Shown here: piece after piece, positions 45,009-54,075 of the stretch | Position numbering within the stretch: the stretch's first letter is position 1 | Layout: every line of letters starts with the position of its first letter | Origin: an uncultured Acidobacteriota bacterium | GTDB lineage: Bacteria; Acidobacteriota; Vicinamibacteria; Fen-336 | Reading direction: 5' to 3' | DNA length: 64,000 bases | Assembly (NCBI GenBank): GCA_963732935.1 | Contig: CAVTBK010000004.1 | Coordinates: 258,327-322,326, forward strand | Program-made: the position numbers and the translations under genes | Notes under the pieces: model-generated | Told to the model about the DNA's origin: nothing | The model's database searches: none | The model's input: only the letters and a program-made list of their open reading frames with translations

Positions 45009-47277
45009 ATGTCGAAACGCCTGTCCTGCCCCATCGGGTTCAACGCCCAGCATTCCCCGATGGGCGCCTTCATGAGCTTCACCTGTGGCCATCCCGGAAC
45101 CAAGGGCGGCATCGGGCTGCAGATCGGGCAGCCGGCCGACCAGGAGGTCTTCGTCGGGCTGGTCGACGGCGACCGCTACGCCGACGCGCCGCTCCAGAGC
45201 CTGCCCTTCTACATAGGGGCGGTCAGCAAGGCCGCCGAGGCCTTCACGGTGGAGCAGGCCGGACCGTCGGAGGCGAACGTGAGGCCCGACGCAGTGCCGT
45301 TCAAGCTCGAGGAGATCGAGCGGCGCTACGGCTGGTGCACGGACACCTGGCGGGCCGGGGACCTGACCTTCACGGTCTACACGCCCTTCGGCTCGATCGC
45401 CGATCCGAAGCGGGCGAGCACCCAGAAGATGCGCGACGCGCTGCGGCCGGCGGTCGTGGCGCAACTCGTCGTCGACAACACGAAAGGGACCAGGCCCAAG
45501 ACCGGCATCTTCGCGCTCAACCACTCGCGGACCGGCCCGCGGATGATCACCGACGACCTGGGACGGAAGAACCGCGTCGGCTTCGCCTTCCGCCGCGAGG
45601 CGGGTGTCGCCGCCGAGGTGTTCGACGTCACGTCACGCAAGAAGGCGGCCGGGCCGCAGCCCTTCGGCTTCATGCGCTGGTCGGCGACCGACGGCATCCG
45701 GGAGCGCTACAACCCGGTGCACCTCCTGGGATCCTGCCCGGGCGTCGGGTTCGAGGTGCCGCCCGGCAAGCGCTACGCCATGGTGCTGGCCATCGGCTCC
45801 TACCTCGAGTGCCCGGTGACCACCGGGCTCGACGGGCGCTACCTCTACACCCGCTACTACGAAGACCTCAACGACGTCCTGCGCTCGACGCTCGATAGGG
45901 CCGACGCGCTCGTGGCCGCCGCGGAAGCGCTCGACGCGAAGCTCGACGCGGCCAAGCTGTCCGACGACCAGCGTTTCATGATCGCGCACGCCACGCACAG
46001 CTACTACGGCTCGACACAGCTGCTCGAGATCAACCGCCAGCCCTTCTGGGTGGTGAACGAGGGCGAGTACTGCATGATGAACACGCTCGACCTCGCGGTC
46101 GACCACGTGTTCTGGGAGCTCGACCGCAACCCCTGGCTGGTGAGGAACCTGCTCGACAGCTTCGTGCGGCTCTACAGCTACCGGGACGAGATCAAGACCT
46201 ACAAGGCAGAGGCAGAGCTGTCGTCGCACGCGATGGACCACGATCCCTCGGAGCCTCCGCCTCCGCCCGACGCGGCGCAGCTGGCCCGGCCTTTCGAAAA
46301 GAAGCCGGGAGGCATCAGCTTCTGCCATGACATGGGCGCGCACAACAACTTCGCGCCAAAGGGTCGGTCGAGCTACGAGCTCGCCAACCTGACCTCCACC
46401 TTCAGCTACATGACCGTGGAGCAGCTCTGCAACTGGACGCTCACCGCCGCCTGCTACCTGGCGAAGACGCGCGACACGGCGTGGCTGAAGAAGAACCAGA
46501 AGGTCATCCGGGACTGCCTGACCAGCATGATCAACCGCGGGGGCGAGGTCGGCTTCGCGCAGTACGACTCTACCAGGACGGCGGGCGGCCAGGAGATCAC
46601 GACCTACGACTCGCTCGACCACTCGCTGGCACAGACGCGCAACAACGTCTACATGGCCGTCAAGAGCTGGGCAACCTATCACGCCCTGGCTCTCTTGTTC
46701 CGCGATCTCGGCGACAAGGCGACCCAGCAGAAGTGCCGGAAGCTCGCCGAGACGGTCGCGGGCGTCGTCGCCGAGCAGGCTGTGGACGGTGTGCTCCCCG
46801 CCATCTTCGAGAAGTCGAACCCCGGCTACAACTCGCGCATCCTGCCGGCGGTGGAAGGCTGCGCCTATCCGCTGTACTTCGTGAAGACGGGCTATCAGCG
46901 GCAGACTCTCGATCAGGTCTTCGGCACGCCGGCCGAGAAGAAGATGTACGACGTGCTCAAGGAGCACACGCGCAGGCTGCTGCTCGATCCCCAGCGGCGC
47001 AGCGTGTTCGCGGACGGCGGCATCAAGCTGTCCTCGACCAGCAACAACTCGTGGATGAGCAAGATCTCGATCTTCATGCACGTGACGCGGCAGCGTCTTC
47101 CGTCTCGACCAGGATCCGGGCGTGGTCGAGGTCTTCCGCAAGGCCGACGCGGCTCACGTGAAGTGGCAGGTCGAGGGCAGCGCCTACTGGGCCTGCTCGG
47201 ACCAGATCGTCTCGGGCGAAGGCAAGGCCAGCCGGTACTATCCGCGCATCATCACCAGCGCGCTCTGGATGGAGTGA
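45009..47277 (+). CDS. GH52-family beta-xylosidase (cytoplasmic); apparent 1-nt frameshift near 47090
   Basis: ATG 45009 (GGAGG). Strong co-linearity with Geobacillus XynB2-type GH52: NAQHSPMGAFMSFTCG, TDTWRAGDLTFTVY, LSDDQRFMIAHATHSYYGSTQLLE, WVVNEGEYCMMNTLDL, GGISFCHDMG, SSTSNNSWMSKI. The final ~60 aa (…VFRLDQDPGVVEVFRKADAAHVKWQVEGSAYWACSDQIVSGEGKASRYYPRIITSALWME*) are read in the +1 frame. Confidence 0.8.
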
Positions 47278-47285
47278 CGGCCACC

Positions 47286-48437
47286 ATGCAGATGCGTCGC
47301 ACCCTGACGTGGTCGCCCGGCCTGCTGCTGTGCGCCGCGACAGCGCTCGTGGCCGTGTCCGCCGCCGCTGAAACGCCAGCGCTCAAGGACGTGGCGCCGC
47401 AGGGCCTGCGCATCGGGGCGGCGCTCAGCCAGACCCAGAGCGACGGGCTCGACCCGGTCGCGCTCCGGATCGTCAGCCGCCAGTTCGACACGATCAGCCC
47501 GGAGAACCTCCTCAAGTGGGAGTCGGTGCACCCCGAGCCGGGGCGCTACGACTTCGGCCCCGCGGACCGTTTCGTGAGCTTCGGCACCAGCCGCGGGATG
47601 TTCGTGGTGGGCCACGTGCTCGTCTGGCATCAGCAGACGCCCGCCTGGGTCTTCGCCGGGGCGGACGGCAAGCGGGCCGACCGCGAGACGCTGCTCGCCC
47701 GCCTGCGCGACCACATCGCGACCGTGGTCGGCCGCTACCGCGGGCGAATCGGCGGCTGGGACGTCGTCAACGAGGCGCTCGAGGACGACGGCAGCCTGCG
47801 CAAGAGCCCCTGGCTCGCTGCGATCGGCGAGGACTATCTGGCCCAGGCCTTCGCGGCCGCGCACGCGGCGGATCCCGGGGCGGAGCTCTACTACAACGAC
47901 TACAACCTCTGGAAGCCGGCCAAGCGCGACGCCGCGGTGCGCCTGGTGGCGCGCCTGCGGGAGCAGGGCCTGCGCGTCGACGGCATCGGCGAGCAGGGTC
48001 ACTGGGGCATCGACGACCCGCCGCTCGGCGCAATCGACGCGGCCCTCGCCGCGATCGTGGCGAGCGGGACGAGGGCGCTCGTGACCGAGCTGGACATGGA
48101 CGTGCTGCCGCGGGACCCCGACATGTGGGGGGCCGACCTCGCCAAGAAGGCCAAGCTCCGCGCGACCACGAACGTCTACCCGGACGGCCTGCCCCCGGCC
48201 GTGGAGCAGCAGCTCGCCCGCCGCTATGCGGACGTCTTCCGGCTCTTCCTCAAGCACGGCGTCGCGCGGGTCACTTTCTGGGGAGTCAGCGACGCCACCA
48301 CCTGGCTCGACGACTTCCCGATCCCGGGCCGCGTGAACTACCCCCTGCTCTTCGATCGCTCCGGTCGCGAGAAGCCGGCGTTCCACGCCGTCCTGGACGT
48401 CCTCGAGAAGAGATCGGCAGGAGACGCGGCCCGCTGA
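47286..48437 (+). CDS. GH10 endo-1,4-beta-xylanase with signal peptide
   Basis: ATG 47286. Signal peptide …[16 protein letters not shown]. Catalytic acid/base WDVVNEA and nucleophile region VTELDMD. Confidence 0.9.
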   Translation: MQMRRTLTWSPGLLLCAATALVAVSAAAETPALKDVAPQGLRIGAALSQTQSDGLDPVALRIVSRQFDTISPENLLKWESVHPEPGRYDFGPADRFVSFGTSRGMFVVGHVLVWHQQTPAWVFAGADGKRADRETLLARLRDHIATVVGRYRGRIGGWDVVNEALEDDGSLRKSPWLAAIGEDYLAQAFAAAHAADPGAELYYNDYNLWKPAKRDAAVRLVARLREQGLRVDGIGEQGHWGIDDPPLGAIDAALAAIVASGTRALVTELDMDVLPRDPDMWGADLAKKAKLRATTNVYPDGLPPAVEQQLARRYADVFRLFLKHGVARVTFWGVSDATTWLDDFPIPGRVNYPLLFDRSGREKPAFHAVLDVLEKRSAGDAAR

Positions 48438-48438
48438 C

Positions 48439-49683
48439 ATGCGCATTACCGACCTGCGTGCGACGCCCGTCTCGGTGCCGCTCGCGGCGCCGTTGCGCCA
48501 CGCGAACGGCTGCCACTGGGGGCGCTTCGTGCGCACGATCGTGGAGCTCGCGACCGACGAGGGCCTGGTGGGACTCGGGGAGATGGGTGGTGGCGGGGAG
48601 AGCGCAACCGCGGCGCTCCTGGCCCTGAAGCCGTACCTGCTGGGCCGCGACCCGGCCCGGCTCGAGGAGATGCGCTTCCTGCTCGCGAACCCGACGGCGT
48701 CGCTCTACAACAACCGCACGCAGATCGTGGCGGCCCTCGAGTTCGCCTGCCTGGACCTGCTCGGGCAGCGCTGGGGGGTTCCCGTCTCGGAGATCCTGGG
48801 CGGCCGGGTCCGGGAGCGGGTACCGTTCGCCTCCTATCTCTTCTTCCGCTACCCGCACCCGCGCACCGGCGAGGGCGAGGTGCGCACCGTCGCTCAGCTG
48901 GTCGCCGAGGCGCGCGCCCTCAAGGAGCGCCACGGCTTCACCACCCACAAGCTCAAGGGCGGCGTCTTCCCGCCCGAGTACGAGCTGGGCTGCTACCGGG
49001 CGCTGGCCGACGCCCTGCCCGACGACAGCCTGCGCTTCGACCCGAACGGCGTCTGGTCCGTCGAGCAGGGGATCTGGTTCGGACGCAGGATCGAGGATCT
49101 CCGCAACGACTACCTCGAGGATCCTGTGTTCGGCCTCAACGGCATGCGCCGCGTGCGCCAGAAGCTGCGCCTGCCGCTCGCCACCAACACGGTGGTCGTC
49201 AACTTCGAGCAGCTCGCCGCCAACGTGCTCTCGACCGCGGTCGACGTGATCCTGCTCGACACCACCTTCTGGGGAGGCATCCGTCCCTGCCTCAAGGCCG
49301 CCGCCGTCTGCGAGACGTTCCAGCTCGGCACGGCGGTGCACTCCTCGGGCGAGCTCGGGATCCAGCTCGCGACCATGCTCCACCTGGGCGCGTGCGTCCC
49401 GAACCTGACCTTCGCGGCCGACGCCCACTATCACCAGCTGCTCGACGACGTGATCGAAGGGGGTGCGATCCCCTACCAGGGCGGCTCGATCGCGGTGCCG
49501 ACCGGCCCGGGCCTCGGTGTCCGGCTCGATCGCGAGAAGCTGGCGCGCTACCACGAGGAGTTCCAGCGGCTCGGGTCCTATCCCTACGACCAGGACCCGC
49601 TGCGGCCGGGCTGGACGCCCCTGGTTCCGAACGACCGCTGGGCCGATCCTGACGACGACCGGGTTCCGGAGGTGCCGTTCTGA
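48439..49683 (+). CDS. Enolase-superfamily acid-sugar dehydratase, glucarate dehydratase (GudD/GudX)-like
   Basis: ATG 48439, 2 nt after the GH10 stop. Glucarate-dehydratase-like blocks [38 protein letters not shown]. Its stop overlaps the GH67 start (TGATG). Confidence 0.8.
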   Translation: MRITDLRATPVSVPLAAPLRHANGCHWGRFVRTIVELATDEGLVGLGEMGGGGESATAALLALKPYLLGRDPARLEEMRFLLANPTASLYNNRTQIVAALEFACLDLLGQRWGVPVSEILGGRVRERVPFASYLFFRYPHPRTGEGEVRTVAQLVAEARALKERHGFTTHKLKGGVFPPEYELGCYRALADALPDDSLRFDPNGVWSVEQGIWFGRRIEDLRNDYLEDPVFGLNGMRRVRQKLRLPLATNTVVVNFEQLAANVLSTAVDVILLDTTFWGGIRPCLKAAAVCETFQLGTAVHSSGELGIQLATMLHLGACVPNLTFAADAHYHQLLDDVIEGGAIPYQGGSIAVPTGPGLGVRLDREKLARYHEEFQRLGSYPYDQDPLRPGWTPLVPNDRWADPDDDRVPEVPF

Positions 49684-51884
49684 TGCTCCGCAACCTGTAC
49701 CACGCCTCCCTCACGGCCCTGGTCGCCTTCGCCGCCCTCGCCGCATCCGCGCCGGTGCGGGCCGAGGACGGCTACGAGCTATGGCTGCGCTACCGTCTCG
49801 TGTCCGACCCCGCCCGGGTCGAGGCCTATCGCGCGGCTCTCACGCAGCTGCTGCTGCCTGGTGAATCCCCCACCCTGCGCGCCGCGCGCGAGGAGCTGCG
49901 ACGCGGACTGGGCGGGCTGCTCGGAGCGGAGATCGTCGACGTGTCGAGCCTTCCCGGGCGCGACGGGCACGACCAGGACGCGAAGGGCGTGCTGGTCGTG
50001 GGCACCAGGCAGAGCTGCCCCGAGATCGCGGCACTCGACCTCGACGACGCCCTCGCGCGCGCGGGCCGCGAGGGTTTTCTGCTCCGCAGGACGAGCGTCC
50101 GCGGCACCCCCGTGACGTTGGTCGCCGCCAACACCGAGATCGGCGTCCTCTACGGCGCCTTCGCGCTGCTGCGGCGGGTCGCGACCGAGAGCCCGCTCGA
50201 CGTCCTCGACCAGGTCGAGGCGCCGCGCATCCAGCATCGCCTGCTCGACCACTGGGACAACCTCGACCGCACGGTCGAGCGCGGCTACGCGGGCTGCTCG
50301 CTGTGGGACTGGTTCAAGCTGCCCGACTACCGCGAGCCCCGCTACACGGACTACGCGCGGGCGAACGCCTCGATCGGGATCAACGGCGCGGTGCTGAACA
50401 ACGTCAACGCCGACGCCATCAGCCTGACCCACCCGTATCTGGCGAAGGCGGCGGCCCTGGCCGAGGTCTTCCGGCCCTACGGCATCCGGGTCTACCTGAG
50501 CGCCCGCTTCAGCGCCCCGGTGGAGATCGGCGGGCTCACGACGGCCGACCCGCTCGATCCCGCCGTCGCGTCCTGGTGGAAGCGGAAGGCGGACGAGATC
50601 TACCGCCTGATCCCCGACTTCGGCGGTTTCCTGGTGAAGGCGAACTCGGAGGGGCAGCCCGGGCCGCAGGACTACGGCCGCAGTCACGCGGACGGCGCCA
50701 ACCTGCTCGCCGACGCGCTCGCGCCCCACGGCGGCATCGTGATGTGGCGGGCCTTCGTCTACTCGCACGAGGTACCGGAGGACCGGGCCAAGCAGGCCTA
50801 CGACGAGTTCCACCCGCTCGACGGTGCCTTCCGGCCGAACGTGCTGGTGCAGGTGAAGAACGGCCCCATCGACTTCCAGCCGCGGGAGCCCTTCCACCCC
50901 CTCTTCGGCGCCATGCCGAAGACGCCGCTCGCGCTCGAGCTGCAGATCACCCAGGAGTACCTGGGCTTCTCGACCCACCTCGTCTTCCTGGCGCCGCTCT
51001 TCGAGGAGGTGCTGCGAGCCGACACCTTCGCCCGGGGCGAAGGCTCGACCGTGGCGAAGGTGGTCGACGGCTCGCTCGAGGGCCACCAGTTGACGGGCAT
51101 CGCCGGCGTCGCCAACGTGGGCAGCGATCGCAACTGGTGCGGTTCGGTCTTCGCCTGCGCCAACTGGTACGCGTTCGGCCGCCTGGCCTGGGACCCGGGT
51201 CTGGCGTCCGCGACGATCGCCGACGAGTGGCTGCGCCTGACCTTCACCAACGATCCCGCCTTCCTGGCGCCCGCCGCGGGGATGATGCTGCGCTCCCGCG
51301 AGGCGGCGGTCGACTACAGGACGCCGCTCGGACTCGTTCACCTGATGGCGCGAGGGCACCACCACGGCCCGGGGCCCTGGGTGAGCGGAGGTCCCCGCCC
51401 CGACTGGACCTCCGTCTACTACCACCGCGCGGACGCGGAGGGGATCGGCTTCGACCGCACCGCCACCGGCAGCGACGCGGTCGCCCAGTACGCCCCGCCG
51501 GTCCGCGACGAGTTCGCCAGCCTGGACCGCTGCCCCGAGAAGTACCTGCTCTTCTTCCATCACGTTCCCTGGGACTACCGCCTTCGGTCGGGTCGGACCC
51601 TGTGGGACGGACTGGTCGACCACTACTACCGGGGCGTCGAGGAGGTGCGGGCGATGCAGGCGACCTGGGACTCGCTGGCCCGGTTCGTCGACGCCGAGCG
51701 CTACCGGCAGGTGCGCGTCTTCCTGGGGATCCAGGAGCGCGAGGCCCGCTGGTGGCGTGACGCCTGCGTGCTGTACTTCCGGACCTTCTCGAAGCGCCCG
51801 GTCCCCGCCGGCTACCCCGCACCGGCCGGGACCCTGGAGCAGTACATGGCGATCGACGAGCGCTACGTTCCGGGGAGCCGGTGA
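49683..51884 (+). CDS. GH67 alpha-glucuronidase (xylan alpha-1,2-glucuronosidase) with signal peptide
   Basis: Signal peptide, then the hallmark DGYELWLRY; …VLVVGT…[20 protein letters not shown]…; central TIM-barrel region …[12 protein letters not shown]…. Confidence 0.9.
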   Translation: MLRNLYHASLTALVAFAALAASAPVRAEDGYELWLRYRLVSDPARVEAYRAALTQLLLPGESPTLRAAREELRRGLGGLLGAEIVDVSSLPGRDGHDQDAKGVLVVGTRQSCPEIAALDLDDALARAGREGFLLRRTSVRGTPVTLVAANTEIGVLYGAFALLRRVATESPLDVLDQVEAPRIQHRLLDHWDNLDRTVERGYAGCSLWDWFKLPDYREPRYTDYARANASIGINGAVLNNVNADAISLTHPYLAKAAALAEVFRPYGIRVYLSARFSAPVEIGGLTTADPLDPAVASWWKRKADEIYRLIPDFGGFLVKANSEGQPGPQDYGRSHADGANLLADALAPHGGIVMWRAFVYSHEVPEDRAKQAYDEFHPLDGAFRPNVLVQVKNGPIDFQPREPFHPLFGAMPKTPLALELQITQEYLGFSTHLVFLAPLFEEVLRADTFARGEGSTVAKVVDGSLEGHQLTGIAGVANVGSDRNWCGSVFACANWYAFGRLAWDPGLASATIADEWLRLTFTNDPAFLAPAAGMMLRSREAAVDYRTPLGLVHLMARGHHHGPGPWVSGGPRPDWTSVYYHRADAEGIGFDRTATGSDAVAQYAPPVRDEFASLDRCPEKYLLFFHHVPWDYRLRSGRTLWDGLVDHYYRGVEEVRAMQATWDSLARFVDAERYRQVRVFLGIQEREARWWRDACVLYFRTFSKRPVPAGYPAPAGTLEQYMAIDERYVPGSR

Positions 51885-52699
51885 GCGGCCTCCCGAGCTT
51901 CGACCTCGCGGACCGGGTCGCCGTGGTCACGGGAGGCTACGGAGTCATCGGCGGCAGCCTGGCCGACGGGCTCGCCGCTGCCGGCGCGAAGGTCGCGGTC
52001 CTGGGCCGCAGCCGGGAGGCCGCCGAGGCGAAGGCCGCGGGCCTCCGGCGCTCGCGTGCCTCGTCCCTCGCCCTCGTGGCCGACGTGCTCGATCGCGCCG
52101 CGCTCGAGGCCGCGCGCGAGGCCGTCCTCGCGGCCTGGGGGCGCCTCGACGTGCTGGTCAACGCGGCGGGCGGCAACGTCCCGGACGCCCGGACCGACGA
52201 CACGCCGGTCTTGACGCTGGACCTGCCCGCCTTCGACGCCGTCGTCCAGCTGAACCTCAACGGTGCGGTGCTGCCGACGCTCGTCTTCGGCGAGGCGATG
52301 GCCCGCCAGCGCAAGGGCAGCATCGTCAACATCTCCTCGATGGCGGCGAGCCGTGCCCTCTCCGGCGTCCCCGGCTACTCGGCGGCCAAGGCCGGCATCG
52401 AGAGCTTCACCCGCTGGCTCGCCGTCGACCTCGCGCGTCGGTGCGGCCCCGAGCTGCGCGTCAACGCGGTGGCGCCGGGCTTCTTCCTCGCCAGCCAGAA
52501 CCGCGACGTGCTGATGAAGCCGGACGGCTCGCTCAGCGCGCGGGCGGAGGCGATCCTGGGCCACACGCCCATGCGCCGCTTCGGGGAACCGAGGGAGCTG
52601 CAGGGCGCCGTCGTCTGGCTCGCCAGCGAGGCATCCTCGTTCGTCACGGGCGCGGTCATCGCGGTCGATGGAGGCTTCAGTGCAGACACCGGAATCTAG
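51881..52699 (+). CDS. Classical SDR-family oxidoreductase (candidate uronate or fructuronate/mannonate dehydrogenase by context)
   Basis: GTG 51881 overlaps the GH67 stop (GTGA). [26 protein letters not shown] (TGxxxGxG), NAAG, catalytic YSAAKAG (YxxxK). Confidence 0.85.
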   Translation: MSGLPSFDLADRVAVVTGGYGVIGGSLADGLAAAGAKVAVLGRSREAAEAKAAGLRRSRASSLALVADVLDRAALEAAREAVLAAWGRLDVLVNAAGGNVPDARTDDTPVLTLDLPAFDAVVQLNLNGAVLPTLVFGEAMARQRKGSIVNISSMAASRALSGVPGYSAAKAGIESFTRWLAVDLARRCGPELRVNAVAPGFFLASQNRDVLMKPDGSLSARAEAILGHTPMRRFGEPRELQGAVVWLASEASSFVTGAVIAVDGGFSADTGI

Positions 52700-53741
52700 G
52701 CGGCAGGCGGCCCTGGAACGCTTCCTGGTCGCCGCGCGCGGCGGGCGGCCCGATCAGGTCCCCACCGCCCTCATCGTCGACAGCCCCTGGCTGCCCGGCT
52801 TCGTGGGGATGGACACGCGTGACTTCTTCCTCGATCCCGCGCTCTGGCTGGCCGCTCACCTGCGGATCGCCGAACGCTTCCCTGACGTGGTCTTCCTGCC
52901 CGGTTTCTGGGTGGAGTACGGCATGGCCAACGAGCCGGCGGCCTTCGGCGCTCGGCCGCTCTGGCAGGCCGATACCCCGCCCCCGCTCAGACCGATCGAC
53001 CTGCCGGTCGAGCGCTGGGGCGAGCTGCCGCGGGTCGATCCGGAGACGGACGGTCTTATGCCCTTCGTGCTCCGCCGCATGGAACGGCTGGAGCGCGGCG
53101 AGCTGCCCGAGCCCCACCGAGCGCACTTCGCCGCCGCCCGGGGGCCGCTCGCGGTGGCCAGCCATGTCCTGGGGATGACCCCCTTCCTGGAGGCGACGGC
53201 CGCCGCGCCCGACGCGGCACGGGCGGCCCTCGACGTCTTCACCGACACGGCGATCGCGTTCCTGCGCGCGCAGCTCGAGCGCCTGCGGGAGCCGCTCGGC
53301 ATCCTCCTGCTCGACGACGTGGCCGGACTCCTCTCCCCGAGGGGCTTCGACAGCCTCGCCCTGCCCTGCCTGCAGCGGGTTCTCGACGCCTTCCCGGGCA
53401 AGGTCCGCATCTATCACAACGACACGCCCTGCCCGCACCTGCTCTCCCGGATCGGTCAGCTGCACTGCGAGGTCTGGAATCTCAGCCACGAGCTGGACCT
53501 GGGCGAGGTGCGCGCCGCGGTCGGGCCGGGGATGGCCCTGATGGGCAACGTCGCCCCCCTCGACCTCATGGTTCGGGGAACGCCCAAAGAAGTCTCTGAC
53601 GCTGCACGCGCTTGTATCGCCGATGGGGCGTCGAGCGGGGCCTTCGTCCTCTCGGCGGGGGGCGGCCTCTCCCCGGGAACGCTCGCGGAGCACATCGATG
53701 CTCTCGTGGACGCTGCCCGCCTGGGCCTGGCGGCCGAATGA
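52668..53741 (+). CDS. Uroporphyrinogen-decarboxylase (URO-D) superfamily protein, MtaA/CmuA-like; function in this locus unknown
   Basis: …[35 protein letters not shown]… N-terminus and overall length typical of URO-D-like (beta/alpha)8 proteins. Start 52668 overlaps the SDR gene by 32 nt. Confidence 0.7.
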   Translation: MEASVQTPESRRQAALERFLVAARGGRPDQVPTALIVDSPWLPGFVGMDTRDFFLDPALWLAAHLRIAERFPDVVFLPGFWVEYGMANEPAAFGARPLWQADTPPPLRPIDLPVERWGELPRVDPETDGLMPFVLRRMERLERGELPEPHRAHFAAARGPLAVASHVLGMTPFLEATAAAPDAARAALDVFTDTAIAFLRAQLERLREPLGILLLDDVAGLLSPRGFDSLALPCLQRVLDAFPGKVRIYHNDTPCPHLLSRIGQLHCEVWNLSHELDLGEVRAAVGPGMALMGNVAPLDLMVRGTPKEVSDAARACIADGASSGAFVLSAGGGLSPGTLAEHIDALVDAARLGLAAE

Positions 53742-53765
53742 CCGCTTCCGCCTGAGCCATACCCC

Positions 53766-53807
53766 CCGCCCGGGCGTCTCGGGTGGCCGCCCGGGCGTCT
53801 CGGGTGG
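53766..53807. repeat. Perfect 21-bp tandem duplication CCGCCCGGGCGTCTCGGGTGG x2 just downstream of the URO-D-like gene
   Basis: Direct reading of 53766-53786 and 53787-53807. Followed by the inverted repeat GGAGTCGCC (53812-53820) / GGCGACTCC (53840-53848). Confidence 0.8.
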
Positions 53808-53906
53808 CACAGGAGTCGCCGCTTCTCACCTCGCCGGGAGGCGACTCCCAGATCGCGCTGGCGTTTCGGATCTTTGGATCAGGACTCGGAAAATTGCTCT
53901 ATTGTC

Positions 53907-53950
53907 CACATCGCGAACAAAGCCGTGATGCGGTTTCACATCGCCAACAA
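53907..53950 (+). promoter_or_regulatory. Direct repeat CACATCGCGAACAA / CACATCGCCAACAA (30-bp spacing) upstream of the TonB-receptor promoter: candidate activator/repressor site
   Basis: 53907-53920 and 53937-53950; 13/14 identical; sits in the most AT-rich island of the window, immediately 5-prime of the -35 box. Confidence 0.4.
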
Positions 53951-53955
53951 TGATG

Positions 53956-53985
53956 TTGACATCCCTCCCGTCCTCGACCTATAAA
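53956..53985 (+). promoter_or_regulatory. Sigma-70-like promoter candidate TTGACA-N18-TATAAA for the TonB-dependent receptor gene
   Basis: TTGACA 53956-53961, 18-nt spacer, TATAAA 53980-53985, ~90 nt upstream of ATG 54076. Confidence 0.5.
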
Positions 53986-54018
53986 GCCGTGCTTTTGTCC
54001 CTGTCCGGGACGAAATCA

Positions 54019-54048
54019 TTCGCGTCCGCAAATTTCGCGTCCGCAAAT
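54019..54048 (+). promoter_or_regulatory. Perfect tandem 15-bp direct repeat TTCGCGTCCGCAAAT x2 between the -10 box and the RBS: candidate operator
   Basis: 54019-54033 and 54034-54048, located ~35 nt downstream of the -10 box and 28 nt upstream of the start codon. Confidence 0.45.
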
Positions 54049-54075
54049 AAGGTTGGCAGACTAGGGAGGCTGAGA

